Made by a program: the position numbers and the translations under genes. Source: an uncultured Planctomycetota bacterium (lineage in GTDB: Bacteria; Planctomycetota; Planctomycetia; Pirellulales; Lacipirellulaceae). Taken from it: DNA of 64,000 nt. The stretch lies in contig CAVRBU010000002.1 in assembly GCA_963719315.1 (NCBI GenBank), positions 832,001 through 896,000 of the forward strand, written 5' to 3'. The notes under the pieces were generated by a model. That model was not told the DNA's origin and made no database searches. It saw nothing but the letters and a program-made list of their open reading frames with translations. The first letter of the stretch is position 1. Each line of letters opens with the position of its first letter. Positions 19,856 through 34,501 of this stretch are shown here, piece after piece.

Positions 19856-21289
19856 TCACCCGACGATTTCGTTTACGACGTTGCCGGCCACATCGGTCAG
19901 GCGGAAATGGCGGCCTGCGTAGCGATATGTCAGCTCGTGGTGGTTCAAACCGAGGAGGTGCAGGACCGTGGCGTGTAGATCGTGCATGTGGACTTTCTCG
20001 TCGATGGCCAGGTGGCCGAATTCATCGGTTACGCCGTACGAGAATCCGGGCTTCACGCCGCCGCCGGCGAGCCAGACGGTGAAGCCGTTTGGGTTGTGGT
20101 CACGGCCGGTGCCGTTGTCTTGGGCGAACGGGTTGCGGCCGAACTCGCCGCCCCACCACACGAGTGTATCGTCCAGCAAACCGCGCTGCTTGAGGTCGTT
20201 GAGCAGCCCGGCGATCGGCTTATCGACCGCTTTCGCGTGCTTGGCGTGCTTGGGCATGTCGGAATGTTGATCCCAGGCGGGGTTATTCGAGTTATCGGAA
20301 TAGGTGACCTGAATATAGCGGACACCGGCCTCGGCCAGCCGCCGGGCCATCAGGCATTGCCGGCCGTAGTTATCCGTCGCGGGCTGGTTGACGCCGTATA
20401 GGTCGAGCGTCGCGCGGCTCTCGCGTGACAGATCGAGCACGTTCGGCGCGTGGTGCTGCATGCGAAACGCGAGCTCGTATGAATCGATTACTGCCTCCAG
20501 ATCTGAGTCGCCGGGGCGCGTCTTGAGCTGTGCGCGGTTCAGCGATTGCACGAGATCGAACTGCGCCTGCTGCGCCTGCGGCGAGCGCTCGCTGTTGAGC
20601 AGGTAACGAATTTGCGAATCCTTGGCAGGCAGGCCGGCCCGGCCGATGGCCGTGCCTTGGTGCACGGCCGGCAAGAACGCGCAGCCGTAGTTCCGCGGGC
20701 CGCCGTTGGCCATGGCGGGCGACAGGACGACGAATGCCGGCAGGTTTTCATTTTCCGTTCCAAGGCCGTAGCTGATCCACGAACCGACCGAAGGCCGCAC
20801 GAGGTTTGTGGAACCGGTGTGCAGGAACAGCGTCGCCGGTCCGTGGGCCACGCCCTCAGTGTGCATACCGTGCAGAAAGCAGAGGTCGTCGACGCAGTTC
20901 GCGAGCTCGGGAAATAAATCGGACGTCCATTTGCCGCTTTGGCCGCGTTGGCGGAACTTCCACAGCGACTTCATGACGCGGGCTTCGGTGCCTTTGCCGC
21001 TCCGGGCGAGGCTGCGGGCGTCGTCGAACTCGCGCATTTTGCCGTCTTCGCGGTCGAGCGTGGGTTTGTAATCGAAGCTATCGACTTGGCTCACGCCGCC
21101 GGCCATGAACAAGAAAATGACTCGCTTGGCGCGCGGGGCGATGTGCGTAGCCTTCGCCGCCAATACGCTGGCGGCCGACGCTTGTTGGTTCGCCAGGCCG
21201 GCCAGGGCGATCGAACCAAAGCCGCACGCCAGATCCTGCAACATGCGGCGGCGCGTCGTCAGGGGCAAGAAATTACCGCAACATGACAT
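19856..21289 (-). CDS. DUF1501 domain protein
   Basis: TRRRML Tat-like signal, AKRVIFLFMAGGVSQVDSFDYKP, WGGEFGR, GRDHNP, RLTDVAG. Confidence 0.92.
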   Translation of the reverse strand: MSCCGNFLPLTTRRRMLQDLACGFGSIALAGLANQQASAASVLAAKATHIAPRAKRVIFLFMAGGVSQVDSFDYKPTLDREDGKMREFDDARSLARSGKGTEARVMKSLWKFRQRGQSGKWTSDLFPELANCVDDLCFLHGMHTEGVAHGPATLFLHTGSTNLVRPSVGSWISYGLGTENENLPAFVVLSPAMANGGPRNYGCAFLPAVHQGTAIGRAGLPAKDSQIRYLLNSERSPQAQQAQFDLVQSLNRAQLKTRPGDSDLEAVIDSYELAFRMQHHAPNVLDLSRESRATLDLYGVNQPATDNYGRQCLMARRLAEAGVRYIQVTYSDNSNNPAWDQHSDMPKHAKHAKAVDKPIAGLLNDLKQRGLLDDTLVWWGGEFGRNPFAQDNGTGRDHNPNGFTVWLAGGGVKPGFSYGVTDEFGHLAIDEKVHMHDLHATVLHLLGLNHHELTYRYAGRHFRLTDVAGNVVNEIVG

Positions 21290-21398
21290 GGTAAATATCT
21301 CCGCTCAACCGACTCCTGATCAAATTCCATTCATAAACCGCCGAGGACGCCAAGAACGCCAAGAAATACTTGAAGCATTTTCAAAACCGCTCTTCATG

Positions 21399-21463
21399 GT
21401 CGATGAATTTGCAAAAATTCAGTGGATTGCGACGTTCTCTGAATTCTTGCGAATTCAGCTACG
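21399..21463. repeat. GTAG-type REP doublet
   Basis: Minus strand CGTAGCTGAATTCGCAAGAATTCAG hairpin (21439-21463) with a degenerate inverted partner gtcgatgaatttgcaaaaattcag. Confidence 0.55.
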
Positions 21464-21477
21464 CTTTGAAACTGCTT

Positions 21478-23865
<2,388 letters not shown>

Positions 23866-24029
23866 CGCCCGATTAGCGTCGCAATAACGCTCCGCACCAC
23901 TTCGAGTTCAAGATAAACGCCGGGCTTTATCGTAATCCATCGCAAGGCTCGTTAAAAGACTTCTCAGAACCTGATCGGCGGGAATACCTCGACCGCCCGG
24001 AGATACACGGCACGTTGCCGTTCGACCGT

Positions 24030-25278
24030 TTAGCCGTTGCCAATCAGTCGATCGAACTCGGCCTCGTCGATTATCCGCACGCCGAGTTGGGTGGCCTTTT
24101 CGAGCTTGCTGCCCGCCTTTTCGCCGGCGACTAAATAATCGGTGTTCTTTGAAACGCTGCTCGCGGCGTGGCCGCCGTGCTTCACGATGAGCGCCTCGAT
24201 TTCGTCGCGCTTGTATTTAGCGAGCGTGCCGGTGACGACCAGCGTTTTGCCGGCAAAAAGGTCGCTTTGTATGGAACTTGATCTTTCGATTTGTTCCTGG
24301 CGTTTTAGATTTGCTGCTTGCTTTTTACGACGATCACTCAGATAGAGAGATGTTTGTGTGGAGGTACTACAATTTGGGCTTATCGAAACTCTATCTGCCA
24401 CCTGCCAGAAATCCCGCTCGTGAACTACGTCTATTCTTTGACCGTTGCATCGTCGATGTAGCGCCTCTTCAATTTTTCTGCCATAGCAAGCAAAGGCCCA
24501 GCAGGGATTACCCCGAGATCCAACAACTAAGTAGTTTGTGTCTTCTCGAATACCCTTATGAAAAACTCCTCCTCGTTGAATTACGACTACCTCCAGCTCT
24601 CTTTTTGAACCCCGCTCCGAAGCCCCGGTGAAGCAAAAGCCATGGCTTGGAAACGCGATTTCCGGACAGTTGGCACACACACCACTTACGGTAGCTCCCG
24701 CCTCAAGCGCACCGACTGCTTTTCGTTCACCATTCGCAAAGAACTCGCCAAATAGCTGCAGCAAGGCTTCGTGTTCTTGTGCATCAATTCGGCCATCACG
24801 CATCACGTGCTCGATAATTCCGTATAAATAATCAAATGGCCAGCAGCCCCGCAGGTATGAACGGTCCTTAATCCAGCTTTCGAGGCCTCCTATTTCTCCT
24901 TCGGTAATCTTTCCATCAGAAAGAATACCGGCCAGCATCCCTTGCAAGCGCTGCAAATCCGACGTAACGTCGTCGTAGTATTCGTCCTCCGTAGTAAACT
25001 TACTGGACAACCAAAGCAGATCCGCGCGTTCCTCTTCATCCGCAATCCCATCACTAATGATGCGCTGGATTTTTGGAATAACTTCATTAAATGGATGCCG
25101 GTCTGCGAATTCTTTGTGTCCGGAAATCCATTGCATGAGCCGCTTCAATTCAATGTCTTGAATTTTTGAATCAGCAGCGATTCCGCGAACGTATCCCTCC
25201 AGAATATGCATGTCGCGCGAAAGTCGCGCTCTTCCCGTAAACCGGAAGTATTCATCATGTTCACTGCTCTCATCACGA

Positions 25279-25292
<14 letters not shown>
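24030..25292 (-). CDS. TerB-like tandem-repeat + BRCT protein with a second, LigA-type C-terminal BRCT
   Basis: Two repeats LxG...GIxxD/DGxIxxxE...W...PF; BRCT FCFTG...RGG...YLVVG...YGRKIEEA; terminal [10 protein letters not shown]...[18 protein letters not shown]. Confidence 0.8.
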
Positions 25293-27961
<2,669 letters not shown>

Positions 27962-28354
27962 TCATTTTGCAGGTTCCAGTCCACACTCTGGCACGACGCT
28001 CACGTTTTTGCCTGTTGCCGAGTTGGGAATCAGGCACAGAAAGCGCATCGGCTCTTTGCCCGTATTGCGAAACTGATGTACGTCGTTTGGGGCGACGAAC
28101 ACCACATCGCCGGCCGAGAGGGGCCGTTCCTGGCCGCCATCGACGATCGTACCCTTACCGGCCAGTACGTACACCTCGTGCTCGTAGTCGTGGAAGTGAT
28201 GGGGCGTGTGGCCGCCGGGTGCGACCTCGAATTCCCGCATCGCGAAAGCGGGCGCCTGGTCGCCTTCGCCGATGAGCCACCGCACGCGGCAGCCGGAGGC
28301 GCCCTCCATGGTCACTTCGCTGGCGGGGACTTCGGTAAGTTTCTTAATCTGCAT
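27962..28354 (-). CDS. Cupin domain protein
   Basis: PGGHTPHHFHDYEHEVYVLAG and GDVVFVAPNDVHQFRN cupin motifs. Confidence 0.9.
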   Translation of the reverse strand: MQIKKLTEVPASEVTMEGASGCRVRWLIGEGDQAPAFAMREFEVAPGGHTPHHFHDYEHEVYVLAGKGTIVDGGQERPLSAGDVVFVAPNDVHQFRNTGKEPMRFLCLIPNSATGKNVSVVPECGLEPAK

Positions 28355-28387
28355 GAGTTTGGCCCTTGCGCTGTAAACGGATTTCTT

Positions 28388-28483
28388 AACCGCTAATGAA
28401 CGCTAATAGAGTGCTAATGGTTGAGCAGCAGTACATGATTGGCGGCTTATTGATTCGCGTTGTATTAGCGTACTATAGCGGTT
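28388..28483. repeat. AT-rich MITE-like element, family B
   Basis: aaccgctaatgaacgctaata ... tattagcgtactatagcggtt; second copy at 35830-35915. Confidence 0.7.
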
Positions 28484-28785
28484 TTCTGATTCGGATTGTT
28501 ACGGATGGTCGCCCGCTGCTGCCAATAGCTGTCGGTGCCAATGGCGGCGAACGTGAAGGCGGCCAAGATCGCCAATTCGGTCAAGAGCGCCGCCTCGCCG
28601 TGGTGATTCATCCAAACCATCAGTGGATCGTCGGGCTTTGCGGCCACGCCTTGATCCGCGCCGGCGATGGGGCGAGCCTCACGGAATGCCATCACACCGT
28701 AACTAATCGCCGTTAGCGCAAACACGATTCCAGTAGCTATGAGCAGTCCATAAAACGGGTTGGCGAATTTCTGGGAGCGTTGCAC
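28465..28785 (-). CDS. Small two-TM hypothetical membrane protein
   Basis: NPFYGLL...TM1; WMNHHG...TM2...IGTDSYW; GTG start inferred. Confidence 0.65.
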   Translation of the reverse strand: MQRSQKFANPFYGLLIATGIVFALTAISYGVMAFREARPIAGADQGVAAKPDDPLMVWMNHHGEAALLTELAILAAFTFAAIGTDSYWQQRATIRNNPNQKTAIVR

Positions 28786-28907
28786 GGCAGCACCTGCGAA
28801 TATGACGCCCCGATTATACCAGCGCGTGGCCGGTCGACGGGAGTGCGGCCACGGCCTACGATGAAGGATTCGCCTCCACCCATTATTCCCGACTGGGAGC
28901 ACCCGGC

Positions 28908-31829
28908 GTGAGCCAACGAGCGATCGAGCTGCGCGGCGTGGCCGTGAACAACCTGCGGCAGGTCGATCTCGATCTTCCGCACCGGGAGTTGATCGTGTTT
29001 TGCGGCGTCTCGGGCAGCGGCAAGACGAGCATGGCGCTCGACACGCTGTACGCCGAAGGCCAGCGGCGGTACATCGAAAGTTTCTCGGCCTACACGCGGC
29101 AATTCCTGGAGCGGCTCGACAAGCCGCAGGCGGAACGCATCGACGGTATCCCGCCGGCGATCGCCGTGACGCACAAAAACCCCAGCCGCTCGAATCGCGC
29201 GACAGTGGGCACCAGCACGGAAGTGAACGAGTATCTGAGCCTGCTATTTGCCCGAGTGGGTGAAGTCATTTGTTACCAATGCGGGAAGACGGTCCGACGC
29301 GACTCGCCGGAAAGTGCCGCCCAAACGTTGGCCACTTTGCCGGCCGGCACTCGGCTGATGATCGGGTTTAGTACGACCGTGCCGGATGATGAACCGATCG
29401 ATCAATGGGTTGCTGACCTGGTCGGATTGGGCTACGTGCGAGCGGTCGCCGGCAACTGCACGGAGTCGATCGAGCCGGCGCTCGCCGAACGGCTTGCTGC
29501 TGGCGATACGCTCACAATCATTCTTGATCGCTTGACGGCCGTCGAGCAGCTCACCGAGCGATTGCGGGATTCGATCGAGAATGCGTTTGATGCTGGGCAC
29601 GGTGGATGCGCGGTATTGATAGACGATTCTGGTGGCGGGGCTAGGGAGCATTGCGCTAAGCCGCAAGCGGCGTTTACGATTGATGGGCGGTTGTGGCGGC
29701 GAGCGGTGTTTAGTGCGGCGCTGCGTTGTGAGGCCTGCGGCATCGACTATGTGGAACCGGAACCCCAACTCTTCAATTTCAATCGCCCGCTCGGAGCGTG
29801 CCCGGAGTGCGAAGGATTTGGCAACATCGTAACGACCGACATGGACCGGGTAGTGCCCGATCCGCAAAAGTCGCTGCGCGCGGGGGCCATCGCGCCGTGG
29901 AACTCGCCTTCCTACGCACACGAATTGGAAGAATTGATTGCTCTGGCCGAAGACTATGGATTGCCGCTGGAAGTGCCGTATGGGGAGCTTACTGAAGAGC
30001 AGCGGCGAATCGTTGTCGAAGGCGTACCCGAACGGAACTTCGGTGGGCTGAATGGTTTCTTCCGCTGGCTCGAACGGCGCAAATACAAAATGCACCTTCG
30101 CGTCTTTTTGAGCCGCTGGCGGTCGTATCGGCTGTGCCCCGCGTGCGGTGGCGCACGGTTGAGCCCCGCGGCGCTCGCCGTTCGCGTCGGCGGCCAAAGT
30201 TTTGCCGACGTAAGCCGGCTGAAAATCCGCGAGGCGCTTCAATGTTTCGACGAGTTGAAACTGCCCGAGTGGCAACAGCCGATCGCCCGGCCGCTCGTGG
30301 CCGACGTGCAGTCGCGACTATCGTATTTGGTGGAAGTCGGCGTCGGGTATCTGGCGGTCGATCGTCCGCTGCGGACATTGAGTGCGGGCGAAGCCCAGCG
30401 CGTGGCCCTCACCACGACGCTCGGCTCGAACCTGGTGGACATGCTGTATGTCCTCGACGAGCCTTCGGTCGGGCTGCATCCGGCGGATCTCGGCCCACTC
30501 GCCGCCGCTATCGAGCAGTTGCACGCGCGTGGCAACACAGTCGTGGCCGTCGAACATGAAGCGGAGATCATTCGCCGCGCGGGGCGGGTTGTCGAATTCG
30601 GCCCCGGCGCCGGCAGCGACGGTGGGTGCGTCACATTCGAAGGCACACCTAAAGAGCTTGCGTGCTCGAAAGTGAGCCGCACCGGAAAGTGGCTATCCGG
30701 GCGAAGCGGAGGAGCGAGCGGCGCGCCACGTCGCCCCACGTCGCACGGTTGGGTGAAGCTACGGGGCGCGCGGGGCAACAACTTGCAAAATGTCACGGTC
30801 GAATTTCCGCTCGGCGTGCTGTGCCTGGTGACCGGCGTTAGCGGCGCGGGAAAGAGCACGCTCGTTGACAAAACGCTATACCCCGCCCTTGCCCGCCGGC
30901 TGAACAAGGACACTGTTCCCGCCGATTTGCCGCAACCCTTGGAATGCGAAGACGTACTCGGCACTGGCCAGATTGAGGACGTTGTTCACATCGACCAGAG
31001 CCCGATCGGCCGCTCGCCGAGGTCGAATCCGGCCACGTACATCAAAGCGCTCGATCCGATTCGCGCGTTGTTCGCCGAGCAAATCGACTCCCGCACGCGC
31101 GGCTTCACGGCCAGCCACTTCAGCTTCAACGTCGCCGGCGGCCGCTGCGACACGTGCGAAGGCGATGGCTTTCTCGCGATCGACATGCAGTTCATGGCGA
31201 ACGTGTACATGAAGTGTCCCGAATGTGGCGGCAAGCGGTTTCGCCAACAGGTGCTCGACGTGAAATACCGTGGCCTCAATATTGCCGAAGTGCTCGACAT
31301 GACGGCCCGCGAGGCGTTCACGTTTTTTCGCGGACAACGAAAGGTGCAGGCCAAGTTGAAACACCTGCTCGATGTCGGCCTCGATTACCTGCGGCTGGGC
31401 CAGCCGGCCACAACACTTTCGGGCGGCGAAGCGCAGCGGCTGAAGCTGGCGTCCCATTTGGCCACCAAACGCCGGGGTCGCACGCTGTTCCTGCTGGATG
31501 AACCAACGACCGGCCTGCACTTCTCCGACATTGTACAATTATTGGACTGCTTCGATGCACTGCTGGAAGTTGGCCATTCGCTGGTGATCGTCGAACACAA
31601 CCTGCAACTTATGAAGGCGGCGGATTGGTTGATCGATTTGGGTCCCGGCGCGGCCGATGATGGGGGCCGGATCGTTGTCATGGGGACGCCCGAGGAAGTT
31701 GCCGAGTGCGTGGAATCCGCAACGGGCCGAATTCTGGCTGGCGAGTTTGCTCGGGATAAATTAGTGGATGAAAATGAAGCGATTCAAGTTCCTCACGCAA
31801 AGGCGCGAAGGCGCAAAGAAAAGAAATAA
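28908..31829 (+). CDS. uvrA: Excinuclease ABC subunit A
   Basis: GVSGSGKT, YAEGQRRYIES, Zn fingers, LSAGEAQR, GVSGAGKS, IDQSPIGRSPRSNP, LSGGEAQRLKLA, LDEPTTGLH. Confidence 0.95.
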   Translation: MSQRAIELRGVAVNNLRQVDLDLPHRELIVFCGVSGSGKTSMALDTLYAEGQRRYIESFSAYTRQFLERLDKPQAERIDGIPPAIAVTHKNPSRSNRATVGTSTEVNEYLSLLFARVGEVICYQCGKTVRRDSPESAAQTLATLPAGTRLMIGFSTTVPDDEPIDQWVADLVGLGYVRAVAGNCTESIEPALAERLAAGDTLTIILDRLTAVEQLTERLRDSIENAFDAGHGGCAVLIDDSGGGAREHCAKPQAAFTIDGRLWRRAVFSAALRCEACGIDYVEPEPQLFNFNRPLGACPECEGFGNIVTTDMDRVVPDPQKSLRAGAIAPWNSPSYAHELEELIALAEDYGLPLEVPYGELTEEQRRIVVEGVPERNFGGLNGFFRWLERRKYKMHLRVFLSRWRSYRLCPACGGARLSPAALAVRVGGQSFADVSRLKIREALQCFDELKLPEWQQPIARPLVADVQSRLSYLVEVGVGYLAVDRPLRTLSAGEAQRVALTTTLGSNLVDMLYVLDEPSVGLHPADLGPLAAAIEQLHARGNTVVAVEHEAEIIRRAGRVVEFGPGAGSDGGCVTFEGTPKELACSKVSRTGKWLSGRSGGASGAPRRPTSHGWVKLRGARGNNLQNVTVEFPLGVLCLVTGVSGAGKSTLVDKTLYPALARRLNKDTVPADLPQPLECEDVLGTGQIEDVVHIDQSPIGRSPRSNPATYIKALDPIRALFAEQIDSRTRGFTASHFSFNVAGGRCDTCEGDGFLAIDMQFMANVYMKCPECGGKRFRQQVLDVKYRGLNIAEVLDMTAREAFTFFRGQRKVQAKLKHLLDVGLDYLRLGQPATTLSGGEAQRLKLASHLATKRRGRTLFLLDEPTTGLHFSDIVQLLDCFDALLEVGHSLVIVEHNLQLMKAADWLIDLGPGAADDGGRIVVMGTPEEVAECVESATGRILAGEFARDKLVDENEAIQVPHAKARRRKEKK

Positions 31830-31859
31830 TCCCTTGGCGACTTTGCGCCATTGCGTGAG
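31792..31859. repeat. Inverted repeat overlapping the uvrA 3' end
   Basis: ctcacgcaaaggcgcgaaggcgcaaag ... cttggcgactttgcgccattgcgtgag. Confidence 0.7.
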
Positions 31860-31871
31860 ATCATAATAACG

Positions 31872-32228
31872 ATGGATAGAATTGAAATATTTGTGAGAGA
31901 CGTGACGGACATGGAAGCTCGCGTTTGCGCGCGTTATTCTGGTTCGGAGTCGGTCACGTTGCGCGGCGAGGTTCGTGGCCCGTTCTGCGAAAGCGCCCAC
32001 ACGCTGCCCGCGGATTTTGTTTTTCGCGAATTAAGCCCGCGACAAGCCAGCATGGCCGAGGCCATTGTGACGGATCCTTGCATGTGGTCGTCTGAGATGC
32101 CACATGTTTATCGGGTGGAAGTAGAGGCGCTACGAGGCGAGGATGTTGTGGCCGAGTATCGTGGAACGATCGGCTTACAACGTTTAGCGCCGCGGCGGCC
32201 TGTGGATTTTGCCCCCGGCACTGGTTGA
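31872..32228 (+). CDS. Hypothetical protein resembling a GH2 immunoglobulin-like beta-sandwich
   Basis: DPCMWSSEMPHVYRVEV resembles the GH2 PxLWSxExPxLY motif; no catalytic domain. Confidence 0.55.
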   Translation: MDRIEIFVRDVTDMEARVCARYSGSESVTLRGEVRGPFCESAHTLPADFVFRELSPRQASMAEAIVTDPCMWSSEMPHVYRVEVEALRGEDVVAEYRGTIGLQRLAPRRPVDFAPGTG

Positions 32229-32233
32229 TTCGC

Positions 32234-33271
32234 ATGAGTGAGACGACACCATCACGGTACGACCGCCAAGCCCGCTTCACTCCCTTGGGCGAAGAGGGCC
32301 AGCGCCGGTTGTCGTCGGCCCGGGCGCTCGTTTGCGGCTGCGGCGCGCTTGGTTCGGTCATTGCGGAAACGCTGGTCCGCGCCGGCGTTGGCTTCGTGCG
32401 AATCGTGGACCGCGACTTCGTTGAACTCAACAACTTGCAACGCCAAGTCTTGTACGACGAGCAGGACGTTGCCAATGGAATGCCCAAGGCCATTGCGGCG
32501 GCTAATAAACTTCGGAGCATCAATTCCGACATCGAAGTCGAGCCCGTCGTCGCCGATGTGACGCACCACAACATTGCGTCGTTGGCCGGCGATGTCGATG
32601 CGATGGTCGACGGCACCGACAACTTCGCGACGCGGTTCTTGCTCAATGATTTCGCAGTGAAGCTCAGCAAGCCGTGGATTTACGGGGGCTGTATCGGGGC
32701 CGAAGGGCAAACGATGACGATCCTTCCCGGCGAGACGGCTTGCCTGGCCTGCTTGATGGCCGATGCCCCGCCGCCGGGCACGACGCCGACTTGTGATACG
32801 GCAGGCATCATCGCTCCGATCGTGGGAGTCGTGGCCTCGATCGAATCCGCCGAGGCCTTGAAGATTCTCAGCGGCCATCGCGAGTCGGTCAGCCGCCGGC
32901 TGACGATCATCGACCTGTGGGACAATCAGGTCCGCCACGTCGATCTGGCAAAGCTTCGCCAAGACGGCGATTGCCGCGTGTGTAAGCACAAGGAATTCGT
33001 GTGGCTCGCAGGCGTACGCGGCGATGCGTCGGCCGTTCTTTGCGGTCGGAATGCCGTTCAGCTCAGTCCGCCGCCGAGTGCTACCGTATCGCTCGAAAAC
33101 CTGGCCACGCGGCTGGCTGGCGTCGGACGCATCCAGCACAATGCCTTTTTATTGCGGCTTTACGTGGACAGCTACGTGCTGACCGTATTTCCGGACGGCC
33201 GCACGATCGTCGGCGGCACGAATGACATCGCAACCGCACGTACCGTGCATGCACGCTACATTGGTGCGTGA
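32234..33271 (+). CDS. ThiF/MoeB family adenylyltransferase
   Basis: RYDRQ, GCGALGS, DRDFVELNNLQRQ, DGTDNF, CLAC, TCDTAG. Confidence 0.92.
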   Translation: MSETTPSRYDRQARFTPLGEEGQRRLSSARALVCGCGALGSVIAETLVRAGVGFVRIVDRDFVELNNLQRQVLYDEQDVANGMPKAIAAANKLRSINSDIEVEPVVADVTHHNIASLAGDVDAMVDGTDNFATRFLLNDFAVKLSKPWIYGGCIGAEGQTMTILPGETACLACLMADAPPPGTTPTCDTAGIIAPIVGVVASIESAEALKILSGHRESVSRRLTIIDLWDNQVRHVDLAKLRQDGDCRVCKHKEFVWLAGVRGDASAVLCGRNAVQLSPPPSATVSLENLATRLAGVGRIQHNAFLLRLYVDSYVLTVFPDGRTIVGGTNDIATARTVHARYIGA

Positions 33272-33554
33272 TAGCACAGCCCACATGTATGCCACGTTCG
33301 GCGCGGGTCTCCCGCGTACAACTTTGTTGCAAGCACCTGTAGACTTGCCGACTTCTTCCCAGGTTGACACGATTTGGCAACCTATGCCGGCCCCGGCCCT
33401 GCGGATTCATTTTCCCGACCGGCCTTCCCGATTCCATTCGCAGACCCAGTTCTTTTCGCCTCGCGGCGTTCCCGCACGCCGCGAGGCGCTTTTCTCATTT
33501 GTGCTTTGGCGTGCGAGGCTTAGCGTTCGCGCGTGCAGGCTCCCTCTCAACGTC

Positions 33555-34466
33555 ATGGCGACCGCTGAATCAACTCAATCGTCTACGCGCCACGAAGCAT
33601 CTGCTGTCGTTGCTCCGCAGCTTGTCGGCCGGCTCGGCCCCTGGCAGCTTGTGCGGCCGTTGGGCGAAGGCAATTTCACCCGCGTCTACTCGGCCCGATC
33701 GGCCGATGGCCCGCAAAACCAACCCGCCGCCTATGTGGTGAAGGTGCTTCGCAAAGAATGGTGGCGCGATACGCAAGCGATCGAAATGCAACGCCGCGAG
33801 GCGTGGGTCGGTAGCAAGGTTTCGCACCCGCACTTGCTGCCGGTTCTTTCCGCCAGCGTACAAGAGCCGCCGTTTTATCTCGTGACGCCCAAAGTCGAAG
33901 GGGCGCCGCTTTCGCAGATTCTTGTCGATCGCGAACGCCTTTCCATCCCACTGGCCCTGTGGATCACTCGACAAACCGCGGATGGACTCGACGCCCTGTA
34001 CGAAGGCGCCAGCGTGATTCATACCGACGTAAAGCCCGAGAACATTCTCATCTCGCCGAATGGCCACGCGACGCTGATCGATTTCGGCTTCGCGCAAACT
34101 TGCGTCGAAGCCAGCCAGTGGGCCACTCGGCCACTCGCCGGCACGCTCGCGTACATCGCGCCTGAAATGGTGACATCATCTTTGGCTGCTGGTCCCAGAA
34201 GTGATATCTATAGCCTGGGTGTGACGCTCTACGAAATGCTCACTGGGCACCGCCCGTGGGAAACCGACGACCCGGGAGAGTTGGCCAGGCTCCATCGCGA
34301 AGCCAAGCCGACCGATATCCGCGCGCTCCGTCCCGACGTACCCGAGGCGGTCGCCAACCTGGTTCATTCAATGTTGGCTAAGGACCCGCTTCGGCGGCCG
34401 GGTTCGGCCGGCGAACTCTCAGCTCGGCTCGTGCGGCTTGAGATTAAGAGCTTTACGTTGGTGTAA
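33555..34466 (+). CDS. Cytoplasmic Hanks-type Ser/Thr protein kinase
   Basis: VVKVL, IHTDVKPENIL, DFG, GTLAYIAPE, SDIYSLG, DPLRRP. Confidence 0.9.
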   Translation: MATAESTQSSTRHEASAVVAPQLVGRLGPWQLVRPLGEGNFTRVYSARSADGPQNQPAAYVVKVLRKEWWRDTQAIEMQRREAWVGSKVSHPHLLPVLSASVQEPPFYLVTPKVEGAPLSQILVDRERLSIPLALWITRQTADGLDALYEGASVIHTDVKPENILISPNGHATLIDFGFAQTCVEASQWATRPLAGTLAYIAPEMVTSSLAAGPRSDIYSLGVTLYEMLTGHRPWETDDPGELARLHREAKPTDIRALRPDVPEAVANLVHSMLAKDPLRRPGSAGELSARLVRLEIKSFTLV

Positions 34467-34501
34467 AGTCGATCAACGGGCGACGCAATAGATGACGTGC
34501 G

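Noticed and set aside
32234..33271. ThiF as part of a RiPP, CBASS or ubiquitin-like defence system
   Set aside because: No precursor, E2, JAB or cyclase gene nearby; it looks like a housekeeping ThiF/MoeB
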